Below, piece by piece: positions 1-10,116 of a DNA stretch of 10,905 nucleotides (within the stretch, counting starts at the first letter, position 1; the number at the start of each line of letters is the position of its first letter). The stretch lies in NCBI RefSeq assembly GCF_006345805.1, contig NW_021827282.1, positions 1 through 10,905 on the forward strand, in the 5' to 3' direction. The notes below the pieces were generated by a model. It was not told the origin of the DNA, did no database searches, and saw only the letters and a list, made by a program, of their open reading frames with translations. This stretch comes from Octopus sinensis. Lineage: Eukaryota. The translations under genes and the position numbers were made by a program.

Positions 1-410
1 TGCTCAGAACGCTCTGTATTCAATAAAACAAGGCCCGCAATGTATTTGCAACATTTGGACTGCTTGATTGGACGATTGAGGAGATCCAAGCCATTGGCAT
101 TAAAACTCAGAAGATGCTAACAATTATACAGAATTTTCACATCAACAGTGACGTCGACCGCCTCTGCCTAAAACGAAAACAAAGCGACAGAGGCTTAACA
201 TCGATCCAAACTGCCTTTGAGTGTTGTATCATATCCCTTCAGCAACATCTTTAACCACCAAGTGTCGAAGTGCATCCCTTGACCAAGTCTGCATACATAA
301 GACTTGGAAGGCAGCTCCTTGAGCAGAATTCGTTGTTTGATAACCTGAAACACATTCCCAAAGAAGTCGCACTACCCTACCACAACATATCATCAAATGA
401 AAAATGAGCA
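1..410 (+). mobile_element. R4/Dong-clade (RLE) non-LTR retrotransposon remnant, RT C-terminal/thumb region, decayed
   Basis: Hand translation of 51-254 gives TFGLLDWTIEEIQAIGIKTQKMLTIIQNFHINSDVDRLCLKRKQSDRGLTSIQTAFECCIISLQQHL*. This follows the R4/Dong pattern I recall (YSFGIIxWT..EL..LD.KTRKLLT....H..SDVDRLY..R..GGRGL..I). Frameshifted SERSVFNK / ARNVFA precedes it, and a weaker continuation (IRLGRQLLEQN...) runs to ~410. The right boundary is approximate. Confidence 0.8.
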
Positions 411-599
411 TATATCACCAGAACACATACTCTTCAAAGAACTACGACTGTTGCTGGTAGTAGTGTTAAATTGGTATTGAATTTATAATGATTCGCAACT
501 TTACAATCAACGAGACGAAATCCTCAGTTTCCTTCCAAAGCAAGAGATCTGTGTGGATCTGAACAATATATCAACAAAAAAAATCTGCTTCACCATAGG

Positions 600-2250
600 A
601 AAGTTTGTAAATTTAAAGGGCAATAAAACTACTGTGGTTGATAACATTCCTGGTTCAAAATAATGTATATCGTTCCAGAATCAACTTTATCAACTCATCA
701 TGAATTGACGTGGTTTGTTCTGGAAAAATTGAAGAAGAAATCCTTTTCGTTCTCAAGGATGCATTGATTATACCATCCACAAGGCATACTGCTTAAAATA
801 TTGTAGAATCTTCCTGATGCTCATTGCAAACAACATTCCATGTCGCATTGTCAACATTCGCCGCAGACTAATTACAGAAGCCATCCTGTTCAAGTTGCAA
901 AGTGAATTTCGACCATCTCAAGGAACGACTGTGATCTTTTCAGCCAAACAGTTGCAAGTGTAATTCGATATTACACTTGCATGAGCTGACTGTATCTGAC
1001 ATTCACAAACCTAAGAGAGGCATTCAATAGCGTCCATTGTAGTCTTCTCTCGCGCATTTTTGCAGCGGCTGGTTATTCCTAAAATTCGTCAAAATTCTAC
1101 TTAAGTTCTCTCTCAATTATACATCTCATCTTTTCCAAGGTAACAAAAAAGTAAAACAAGGATATATCAGCACACTTACCCATCTACTGTATTGATCATC
1201 GATAACATGCTTATCATCTCGGACAAGTAACCATTTAGTATTGATATCGACTATGGAACAAATAATAAGCTATTCAAATGAAATCTAGGAATAAGACTAT
1301 ATACTTGCTGCTAGCTTTGCAGTATGCAGTCGACAAAGTGTTGCTCATAGAAAAACCTGCAAAACATGCTCCAATTGCTCGATCATGCTTATAGAATCCC
1401 TATAGAACTGAACGTCAGCCTCACGTAAAGAGAATTTGTTCCAAACCTCTCTTAGAAGCGTCGTGTCAAATACCTTTATTTCGAACTGAACGACGAGACC
1501 TTCGTGAATGTCGACTAATTTATGTTGGAAACCATCTTTTTTCTAATGTTGACTTAGAGCAAAATTCGTTATATTGGAACAGCCTTTGATCGCTTTCAAG
1601 CAATGGTCTTCAACATCTCAAAAAGGGTTGTCTACAAGATTCTAGTTGTACAATAACTACTCTGCAGGTCTGAGGTATGGGAATCTACCACTACCAGCTT
1701 AAAAATTAGGAACGTTTCCTTCATCATTGCATTCAAAGCATTCTTGACAATTGCAGGGAAGGCAAACGAATAAACATCAGCATCTTCAATGAAGCGAAAA
1801 CTATCAGCATTTAAATAACTGTCAACAAAGCTCAAGGTAGACACTTTGTGCGAATGACCGATGACCAGCTTTCAGACCAAGTTTTCTATTTCCAATAGAA
1901 AACAAGGGTAACGATCGAAAGGTGAACAAAAGAAATGCTTCAGGGGCCAGTTTATATAGAATTCGAAGTTCTGCAACATTGACTGGACGAAATGAAAGCG
2001 TTTATCGACTGACCATCATATTGAGAAGATAATCACTTTATCAGATATCTGAACACTTTTTAGAATGGGGGACATGGTCATCCAAAACAGTGAGGACAAA
2101 ATTTTTAATCAAGAACTAGATTACTCAAGCAAGCGAACACGCAGCAGATCAAGGGATACAATGATCATCGACAGCAAGTGATAACCACACACGTACGTCT
2201 TTCAGTAAGGGTTTGCATCTCGTCATGTTGGACTGTTGAAGTCTGCACAT
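600..2250 (+). mobile_element. RTE-clade LINE remnant (reverse transcriptase through C-terminus), many stops, frameshifts and deletions
   Basis: RTE RT motifs occur in the correct order across frameshifts: LKGNKTTVVDNIP (~611-650), KDALIIP, LITEAILFKLQSEFRPSQGTTVIFSAKQLQ (~868-957; cf. LPESQCGFRPGRGTTDMIFTARQLQ), LYLTFTNLREAFNSV, VKQG (1151-1162), LQYAVD (1317-1334; decayed YADD), YVGNHL, IGTAFDRF..VYKILVV..LLCRSEVW, ERFLHHCIQSIL (from 1710), HFVRMTDDQLSDQVFY and KRSKGEQKKCF. Boundaries are approximate. Confidence 0.9.
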
Positions 2251-2254
2251 TTTT

Positions 2255-2400
2255 CTCTCTCTGTTTTTCTCTTTTCAATACTTTCTGTCGAAGGGCATAG
2301 GTTCGAAACGTAAAAGACTTTTCCATTCTTCCCAAGCGTTAAACTAATATACCTGTTTGTTGAGCCATCGTCTTTTATTTTCTGTAAATTTGAAATATAT
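2255..2400 (+). mobile_element. Probable Penelope-like element terminal (pLTR) fragment carrying a degenerate hammerhead-like motif
   Basis: Contains CTTT-CTGTCGA-A-GGGC-ATAG-GTTC-GAAA-CGT-A-AAAG, the minimal hammerhead topology typical of PLE ends, and runs into a TA/GT microsatellite at ~2396. The PLE assignment is inferred from this architecture; no PLE ORF is present. Confidence 0.5.
2281..2316 (+). ncRNA. Degenerate minimal type I hammerhead-like motif (core A6 replaced by U; probably inactive)
   Basis: Stem I CTTT (2281-2284) pairs with AAAG (2313-2316). Core CTGTCGA (2285-2291) versus canonical CUGANGA, then one extra A. Stem II GGGC/GTTC has two G-U pairs and an ATAG loop. GAAA at 2305-2308, palindromic ACGT as stem III, and GUA cleavage triplet at 2310-2312. 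Confidence 0.5.
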
Positions 2401-2464
2401 GTGTGCGTATTATGTATGTATGCATATGTAAATGTAAGTATGTAAGTAGAGGGAAGAGAGAGAA

Positions 2465-2524
<60 letters not shown>
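2465..2524. repeat. (AGAC)15 microsatellite
   Basis: Read directly. Preceded by degenerate GT/GTAT/GTAA and AG repeats from ~2400. Confidence 0.97.
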
Positions 2525-2525
2525 T

Positions 2526-3261
<736 letters not shown>

Positions 3262-3262
3262 T

Positions 3263-3271
<9 letters not shown>

Positions 3272-3296
<25 letters not shown>
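3272..3296. repeat. (TA)n microsatellite
   Basis: Read directly. Lies between the mariner TIR and SINE copy 1. Confidence 0.95.
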
Positions 3297-3513
3297 TTCT
3301 TTACTATCCACAAGGGGCTAAACACAGAGGGGACAGAAAAACGGATTAAGTCAATTAGATCGACCCCAGTATGTAACTGGTACTTAATTTATCGACCCCG
3401 AAAGGATGAAAGGCTAAGTCGACCTCGGCGGAATTTGAACCCAGAACGTAACAGCAGACGAAATACGGCTACGCATTTCGCCCGGCGTGCTAACATTTCT
3501 GCCAGCTTGCCGC
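3296..3513 (-). mobile_element. tRNA-derived SINE, copy 1 (octopus-type family)
   Basis: Collinear with 4181-4410 over ~220 bp. The minus strand begins GCGGCAAGCTGGCAGAAATGTTAG (A-box-like) and has a B-box-like GGGTTCAAATTCC. A central GTCGACTTAGCCTTTCATCCTTTCGGGGTCGATAAATTAAGTACCAG resembles the Meta/MESC-type SINE core as I recall it. It lacks ~11 bp present in copy 2. Confidence 0.92.
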
Positions 3514-3520
3514 ATTCAAA

Positions 3521-3527
<7 letters not shown>

Positions 3528-3598
<71 letters not shown>

Positions 3599-3632
3599 AT
3601 GTATGTATGTATGTATGTATGTATGTATGTAT
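3528..3632. repeat. Compound (GT)n-(GTAT)n microsatellite
   Basis: Read directly. Confidence 0.97.
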
Positions 3633-4180
3633 ATGGAGGCGAACACCTTTCTCCGTGTGATCGGCTTGAAAAATTGTTAAGCCACGGGGATATTTTCCTA
3701 CTTTTCTTAAATATGAAACCAATGGTAGCCTTAATTCACAAATAAAGAAATTATAATCCACCAATGCGTTATTAAACACTCATTTCATCGTTCGACATTT
3801 ACATATATATATATAATGGCAAAGAACAACAATTACACATACCAGACAAATGCCACATACCATTTCATCAGCCAGCATTTGATCCAGAATCGATGCAGCT
3901 TCGATGCCTAGTAAAAGTTGATGTCACTTGTCTCTGAAGCGCCCGAGTTAAAAAAAGAAAACAGAAGTCAAGTCTTACGTATGAAAAATAACAGAACGGA
4001 AGCATATAACTACGAGAAGCAAACACAAGCAGATACAAATTATAACCAAATGTGCCTTTTGACCTGAGATACAAGGAAGCGGGGAAAACACTAGTGTAGA
4101 GGGGAAATTTGTATAAAAGCTTTCTTCAAAATATTACCTGAGCAGAGAAAGCTATTACATCCATATATCCGTATATATCT

Positions 4181-4414
4181 CTTTCTTTACTACCCACAAG
4201 GGGCTAAACACAGAGAGGGCAAACAATGACAGACAAACAGATTAAGTCGATTATATCGACCCCAGTACGTAACTGGTACTTATTTAATCGACCCCGAAAG
4301 GATGAAAGGCAAAGTCGACCTCGGCGGAATTTGATCTCAGAACGTAGCGGCAGACGAAATACCGATAAGCATTTCGCCCGGCGTGCTAACGTTTCTGCCA
4401 GCTCGCCGCCTTTT
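4181..4414 (-). mobile_element. tRNA-derived SINE, copy 2, full length with target-site duplication
   Basis: The minus strand begins GGCGGCGAGCTGGCAGAAACGTTAG at 4410, and the B-box-like motif is mutated (GAGATCAAATTCC). Flanked by direct repeats ATATATCCGTATATATCT (4163-4180) and ATATGTCCGTATATATCT (4415-4432), 17 of 18 identical. Confidence 0.95.
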
Positions 4415-4442
4415 ATATGTCCGTATATATCTATTACTCTCT

Positions 4443-4445
<3 letters not shown>

Positions 4446-4499
<54 letters not shown>
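4446..4499. repeat. (CT)n microsatellite
   Basis: Read directly. Confidence 0.97.
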
Positions 4500-4502
<3 letters not shown>

Positions 4503-4902
4503 TGCCTTATTCTCCATCAATCCGGATATTAACTATTGCTTTTCATCCTCTCGATTATGTGGCTCCCATTCAACCTCTCTATCAACAACTACCAAGTGGC
4601 TAACTATAATCTATTTTCAATAACTTCTTTATTTTACCATCTTTCTCTCTTTTTTACCTATCTTTTTTCCTATCAGGACGAATTGGAAAGACAGGAGTGA
4701 ATGGTAACAATGCTATAACAGGAAATAACGACTAGAAAGAATGTATGGTAGGGATTAATCTTCAGTTTTTCTGATAACATGACAACCTGTCTAGAGCGGG
4801 TGCAACAAGAAAATAATCAACTATAATGTACCCATTGACGTGACTTTTGAGCATTTATGGTGTTTACACACAAAGTCTATAGGAGAAATCGTTCTACAAT
4901 GA

Positions 4903-4990
4903 TGTGTGTATATGTGTCAGTTTGTATGCATGTGTATGTGCCTATGTGTATGTATATATACATACATTTCTGTGTGTGTGTGTGTATTAC

Positions 4991-5037
<47 letters not shown>

Positions 5038-5133
5038 TATATATATACGTATATAATATGCGTATATATATATGTGTGTGTATGTGTATATACACATACA
5101 TATTCATGCATATATCTTGATATGTATGTGTAT
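4903..5133. repeat. Compound degenerate (TG)/(TA)/(CA) microsatellite
   Basis: Read directly. Includes a pure (TA)n run at ~4993-5029. Confidence 0.93.
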
Positions 5134-5505
5134 GTACTATCCATGTTGATTGGTAATCCATTACGGTCACATATTGAGATGACTCGCATCTACCAGCATT
5201 ATTATGAATCTCCGAGCCCCCAGACAGCTATTGGAATTATAACACCCTTCTTCCATCCCTTTAATTTTCTCTGTCGTTTGCACTCTGTGTGAGTTGGACA
5301 CATTAATATAAATATCTATATATTTATACCTAAAAAATTCATCATCTGAAAGTCTCCACCTTTTGCTTTCTCTCGTTTTGCGTGTATACATATATATACA
5401 TATTTAGTATATCATAGTCAAAACTATTTTATATAATATATTAATATTTTTAATATATTTAATGTATTCAATTATCCAATTTGTTTATCCGCATAATTGC
5501 CTCTA

Positions 5506-5768
5506 TCTATGTATGTATGTATGTATGTATGTATGTATGTATGTATGTATGTATGTATGTATGTATGTATGTGTATGTATGTATGTATGTATGTACGCAT
5601 GCATGTATGTATGTATGTATGTATGTATGTATGTATGTATGTATGTATGTATGTGTGCATGCATACATGTATGTATGTATGTATGTATGTATGTATGTAT
5701 GTATGTATGTATGTATGTATGTATGTATGTATGTGTGCATGCATACATGTATGTATGTATGTATATAT
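5506..5768. repeat. Long (TATG)n array with recurring near-palindromic interruptions
   Basis: Read directly. ATGTGTGCATGCATACAT occurs at 5651-5668 and 5731-5748, with a related ATGTACGCATGCAT at 5591-5604. Confidence 0.97.
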
Positions 5769-5881
5769 GTCATTATTCAGTCTATTTCAAGATTTCTTGC
5801 CAATAGAGAAAGAACCGGTTTCTAACCTAGATCCAAGGTTCTTTCATTGGCATTTCAACATCAACATGGTATTTTTGTTTG

Positions 5882-6041
5882 TATTATGTATGTATGTATG
5901 TATGTATGTATGTATGTATGTATGTATGTATTTATGTATATATGTGTGTTGTATATATGTATGTATGTATGTATGCATGTGTGTATGTATGTATGTATGT
6001 AGTATGTATGTATGTATGTTATGTAGTATGTATGTATGTAT
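5882..6041. repeat. Degenerate (TATG)n microsatellite
   Basis: Read directly. Confidence 0.93.
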
Positions 6042-7199
6042 ACGCAGACCTGCATTTCAAACTGGCATGCAAACAAACAGAAAGACATGTAAACATACAA
6101 TTAACAAACCACTGACGTAACTGAAAAACATTCCACTGGGTTTAGCCTGTATGATGTACAAATAATGCAAATGTACGCATATGCACCAAGTATAGCTGAA
6201 AACAAACGATTTCTCCCTGGTAAAGACATGCATGTAAAACTACATCCACACTCATACATGTACAGATGCATAGATATATGCAAACACATATGCACTAATG
6301 CCGACACGCTTATGTAATTACTGTAAAATGACAATGTGAAATCCCAGCTTATATGAACAGAATTAAAATATACAGGGATGAACCTTGCCCAGTGTTAAAT
6401 TACTTGACGATAAAGTTGATCTACAAACAAGCAACATCTGTTGCACGGAAGAGAAGAGTTGGAGATACTACATGTAACAATAGATCAAAGATGACATGCA
6501 ATCGGAGTGACTTTCTAATAATGCAGTTGTTAGTGACTATAGTTTTAGTCACGATAACGTGTTTCATAATATGGGAGAAAGCAGGACTATAAATTATGAA
6601 AGAGAATTCAGAAAAAGATTATACAACGATCCACATTTGTTTAGTACTGAAAAGCGACACATTCAGATAATAATAACACGCATAAACAGAGAATATTTGC
6701 AACAGAATCATGCTCCCTTACTTTTGGTAAATAAACCTGTTTATATTCACTTTATATCATTATCAAACAGCATCTTGAAGATATTAAAGGGAAAACAAAA
6801 ATAAAACAATAAAAATGCCATCAGAGAATCAGAAAATACTGTACGGAAGACTATTACCTATGTGCTGATACTTATCAAATGTAAGCAAACAGATACATAT
6901 ATTTCTTACCAATAAAAACTGAAATAGAAAATAGAAAAATATTTAGACAGTAAAATGAGAACTCTTAAGCATAAATTGATCATTCTCAAATAGGTTAAAG
7001 CTGCCAGTGAAAGTAGCTGGAAGATCAGTAATTAACAAAACCTTCAATCGACCTCAATCGGTAATCGACACAGACATGGGAAGACATTCAATAAAAATAT
7101 CTATCTCCTTCTCAAGATACAAATTCATTTTGTAGAAAAACCTGAAGTAGAAAAACTTTAACCAGGCCGTTGTGTGGCTATATGAAATCGGAAAATTAT

Positions 7200-7660
7200 T
7201 TTATCATGTACTGAACAACTTCTAATTAACAAAAATGTGTCAGTAAAGGAGGAAATTGATAACATTTTGGTCGGATCACAAGAAAACATTTGGTATATTT
7301 CTCATTCATGGATACTAAAGCTCCTTCGTCTTTAACAAGTCTAAGGACTTTTTTTAAGTTCCAGTGACCTAAAACTTGGCTTCTTCCAAGACAACGATCC
7401 TAAAGTTAAATACGAGAAGTTACTTAATTGTCTCTTACAGGATAAGACATAATTTCTGAGTGATTTTGTTTATATTTGTTTTAGAAATGTGAGCGAATAT
7501 GGAGGCAGACAGAAGCATTAATCCAGATATACAGCTCTCTCGTTAACGACAGGAATGCATATACCAAAAATATGAGAAGAAACTTGAACAAGTTACAATA
7601 TTCTCAAATGATATAGAGATGAAGGTTAACCGAGAAGAATGTTTCTACCTCATTATAAAT
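7200..7660 (+). mobile_element. Second R4/Dong-clade retrotransposon remnant (RT core), heavily decayed
   Basis: Motifs occur in the R4/Dong order as I recall it: CTEQLLINKNV (7207-7239; cf. GCKEQLLINK), WSDHKKTFG + SHSWILK (7268-7320; cf. WLDYxKAFDSVPHSW), GFFQD (7378-7392; cf. GIFQGD), LVNDRNAY (~7539-7562; cf. FVDDLKLY) and EQVTIFSNDIEMKVNREEC (from 7586; cf. VT.FS.DIGM.FG.DKC). It may extend upstream towards ~6590, but I cannot support that. Confidence 0.75.
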
Positions 7661-7713
7661 AAAAATTAGTAGATTTTTTAAAATCTACTAACCACTCTAG
7701 CAAGAATTCTATT

Positions 7714-8513
7714 GATGGCTTGACTTTATTGATACCCAGCAAGGACTGCTACAGTTTATATGGATGAATCAAAATAAATCCTATTATGGCATTTACGCAT
7801 GGTCTCAACCATAAGAAAACAAAAGTCATCGTTGTTGGAAAGGAGAAAGTGAATGTTAACATCAGACTGAGCAGTAAAAGGCTTGAACAGATTGAATTGT
7901 ACAAGTATCTTGAAGCCCAAATATTTGACAAAGCCACTTGTAAGAAAGAAATTAGGACACGACTAGCTATGGCAAGAACGTCTATGAAAAAGCCTAATAA
8001 CAACCAGACCAACAAAAGTGTCCCAACTAAGTAAAAACAAAAAAACAAAACCCGTGCGTAGCGCTCATTTGGCCAATAGTTAATTGTGGTTGTGAAGCAA
8101 CGGCTCTGAACAAACTTGAAGAGAACATAATGAAAGCGCTTGAAATATGGATGTAAAAGAGAATGTTACGTGTCTCTTACAAAGATCATCTGATAAATGA
8201 ACTGATGTTACAAGTAGGTAAAACACGACAGCTCCTGAACATTGTGAAGAAACAAAAGCATATCTGTTACGGCCATATTCGAAGAAACAGAGGCTTGGGA
8301 AACAGTATAATGAAAGGAAGGGTAGAGGATGGTAAATAAAAAGGCCGGCAAAAAACGCAATGGATAGGCAATATCCAGATCTGTTTGGACAGGAGTCGCA
8401 AGGTACCTGGAGAATTCACGTTTAATCGGGAAGACATTCGTTATAATGTCATCAATGCACTGTAGGCGTACGACACATGATGACGACGACAACGACGATG
8501 ACGATGACGACGA
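7714..8513 (+). mobile_element. RTE-clade LINE, 5'-truncated copy with intact 3' end and (GAC/GAT)n tail
   Basis: The supplied ORF 7786-8034 (GLNHKKTKVIVVGK...LEQIELYKYLEAQI...CKKEIRTRLAMART) is RT domain 6-7. CGCEATAL...ALEIWM*KRMLRVSYKDH and YGHIRR...IMKGRVE...KGRQKTQW follow. It ends in GACACA-TGATGACGACGACAACGACGATGACGATGACGACGA (8478-8513), the trinucleotide tail typical of RTE elements. Its peptide differs clearly from the 600-2250 element, so it is a different family. Confidence 0.92.
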
Positions 8514-9777
8514 GTAAACAGGAATGGCCCTCAAACCTCTCTCTGTATGTAATAAATAAGTGGGTAATAATGCAACTATTATACCAATAATTATAGCTAT
8601 ATTTGGGCTAGATGACAGATGCAAACGAAATCTGGACCATTGATGATAAGAAAAATTCAAAACTATTTACTAACACGGGAAATTTTCACTTCAGTAATTA
8701 TATTAAGCACATTTAACTAAATTGGAAATAGAAATGCTGAGGCTTAATTTAAATTCAAAACTTTCTGGCTGGTGATCTGATGACTTGGAATACACACCCA
8801 GGTATGTTGTACAGCTTTACTGCAGCAAACCATCAGGTGAAAGGCTTTCTATGGCTGTTGACAGCAAACACCAGAACGACAGGATCATAGATAGCTGAGT
8901 GGTATAAACTACCATTGAACTACGCTTCACTAATACTCACTGAACGATTTGTATTAGCAAATTTCTTCACAAATATCACACGATAACTAGACAACAGCTG
9001 TCCAAAGACCAGCATTTCATCAGTTACACTAGCAATTTTGTTCTGTTTTTGTCTTTGTTCACTAAGTGTTATTTTCTATTTGCTTTTATCTATAACTCAA
9101 ATGAAATGACTACTCTTCCCTTCAGACTTGGACATCAATAGTTTGAAACTGACCTATTTTCCATTACATTCCAGACAGATTCAGCGCTGAATTACTGAAG
9201 CAGAAGTATCGTTATAGCAAATATTCTGCTTCATAACACCGATCTGTTTGTCAGTTGTTCGACTTAACCACTTAAGCATGTCCCTTAGTGGTGCATCTCT
9301 GATATGTGCATCTCTGATCATGAACAGGAGTAGTAGGGGAGCATCATCGCTATGTGTTGAGAGGAATTCTTTGGGGCTTGTATGTTGCAAAAGCAAAGTT
9401 TGAAGGAAATATTAGCCGGTTTTCATACTGTCCATGGGTAAGCAAACAGGAAATAACAGTTGCTATCCAAGGACTAAAAACGTGTTACACAGTTTTATGA
9501 GGCAGCGCCAAGGTATGTTCGTAGAACAGCAGTTGTAACCTATGCGGTGCATAGGTTACAGTTACTCTACTGCATGTTGAATTAACCTTGAACTTAACAT
9601 CGGAAATTATATCGGATTTATAAAATTATAAAACATTCTAAGTTGTGTACAATTTCTACATTTTACATTTGATTTCGGTTGTAAATTATATGCGTCTCGT
9701 ATTTTATTTCCTGAACACTTCTTTTTGGCAATGTATTTTGTATTTTGCAATGTATGTAATTTTCCAAGCCCCACATA

Positions 9778-9906
9778 ATGTGTGTATTTGCGTTTGTGTG
9801 TGTATGTGTGTGTGTGTGCGTGTGTGTGTGTATGTGCATGCGGTGCGTGTGTGTGACTAATATATACACAGTGTGTGTGTGTGTGTGTGAGCATATGTGC
9901 CTATAT

Positions 9907-9955
<49 letters not shown>
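9778..9955. repeat. Degenerate (GT)n followed by (TA)n microsatellite
   Basis: Read directly. The (TA)n at ~9902-9955 abuts the PLE-like fragment. Confidence 0.95.
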
Positions 9956-9957
<2 letters not shown>

Positions 9958-10052
9958 GGAGTAAACACATAAATGTGAAACAAGGTGGAAAAAGAGTACT
10001 CAAATACCAGTGGTAGAGTAATATGCTTTATTTTAAGCAGCAGAAAATCAAC

Positions 10053-10100
10053 AAAATCTGTTACTCTGAGTTTCTCGTTGCCGTTCATCAGACAGTTTTT
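10053..10100 (-). ncRNA. Minimal type I hammerhead ribozyme motif (minus-strand copy)
   Basis: Exact reverse complement of 10117-10164. Predicted cleavage between 10062 and 10061 on the minus-strand transcript. Confidence 0.8.
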
Positions 10101-10116
10101 TTGGTAGAATTCTAGC

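Noticed and set aside
229-411. 60-aa minus-strand ORF
   Set aside because: Antisense to the R4/Dong remnant, with no independent protein signal.
1632-1844. 70-aa minus-strand ORF
   Set aside because: Antisense to the RTE C-terminal region.
3430-3513. tRNA gene
   Set aside because: The A/B-box-like motifs belong to the SINE head, and no cloverleaf with an acceptor stem can be drawn. The same applies to 4325-4410.
3840-3872. Minus-strand CTGATGA followed by an AATG/CATT stem
   Set aside because: No GAAA or stem III follows, so it fails the hammerhead core.
5770-5880. Non-repetitive insert between two (TATG)n arrays that resembles an octopus interspersed repeat I recall
   Set aside because: No second copy, TSD or coding signal in this window to support it.
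6559-6804. 81-aa plus-strand ORF, possibly the N-terminal region of the downstream R4/Dong element
   Set aside because: Orientation and position fit, but I cannot identify a diagnostic motif. A TBLASTN search would be needed.
8208-8660. 150-aa minus-strand ORF with a poly-Ser run
   Set aside because: Antisense to the second RTE; the Ser run is the reverse complement of its (GAC/GAT)n tail.
8776-8806. CTGATGA followed by a CTTGG/CCAGG stem (possible hammerhead), and a CAG|GTATGT donor
   Set aside because: No GAAA follows the stem, so it is not a hammerhead. The nearest upstream acceptor gives stops in all three frames.
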